A stretch of 53,923 nucleotides of DNA, the filler included, from Bipalium vagum (Eukaryota), in the NCBI GenBank assembly GCA_037834085.1. It is 3 parts of 3 records of this genome, joined end to end, with 100 filler letters (N's around TTAATTAATTAA, not from the genome) between each part and the next. Parts side by side here need not be neighbours in the genome. Positions count along the whole stretch, not along the records: positions 35,684 to 53,923 come from JBBMKC010035255.1; 2 more parts are not named here. One strand, written 5' to 3'. The notes beneath the pieces are model-generated. The model was given only the letters and a program-made list of their open reading frames with translations, was not told the DNA's origin and made no database searches. The position numbers were made by a program, and so were the translations under genes. Shown here in pieces: positions 53,761 through 53,923 of the stretch (position 1 is the first letter of the stretch; each line of letters starts with the position of its first letter).

Positions 53761-53923
53761 CAGTGAAACCTGCCTAAATTGAACACCATAGTGTCCTTGC
53801 TGAAAAGTTCAAATTAGAGAGATGTTCAGATAATCAAGGTGTTCACGTTTAACAGGTTACATTACACATCTGTTTACACTTTTGTTCAATTTTACAAGGT
53901 TTTTGAAAAATAAAAATAAGGTA
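53761..53923 (+). mobile_element. Left end of a Tigger-like TIR element running off the window
   Basis: TA|CAGTGAAACCTGCCTAAATTGAACACC followed by sub-terminal GTTCA repeats, in the same style as the other CAGT-ended elements here; the partner TIR is not in the window. Confidence 0.5.

Overview
Very AT-rich animal genomic DNA with many 40-85 bp GT-AG introns and larger introns filled with decayed Tc1/mariner and pogo/Tigger DNA transposons. The style resembles a planarian-type flatworm, but that is inference. Two identical artificial 100-bp spacers (N44-TTAATTAATTAA-N44, at 19039-19138 and 35584-35683) cut the window into three segments. (1) The 3' half of HERC2 on the minus strand: 23 exons traced, about 2,430 aa, CPH-ZZ-DOC-RLD2-RLD3-HECT, with the 5' half missing at the spacer. 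(2) An orphan collagen-type exon, then a complete filamin gene on the plus strand: 31 exons, about 2,500 aa, 2 CH domains plus about 22 Ig repeats, including a 21-nt hinge micro-exon. (3) MAP3K1/MEKK1 on the plus strand: RING, ARM/TOG-like region and kinase, lacking the N-terminal SWIM region and running off the window end. I found no convincing new multi-gene system. The items most worth follow-up are the orphan collagen exon, a three-level transposon nest in a HERC2 intron, indels in HERC2, the filamin hinge micro-exon and extra linker, and weak candidates for nested antisense exons. Comparisons to human proteins are from memory, not database searches.
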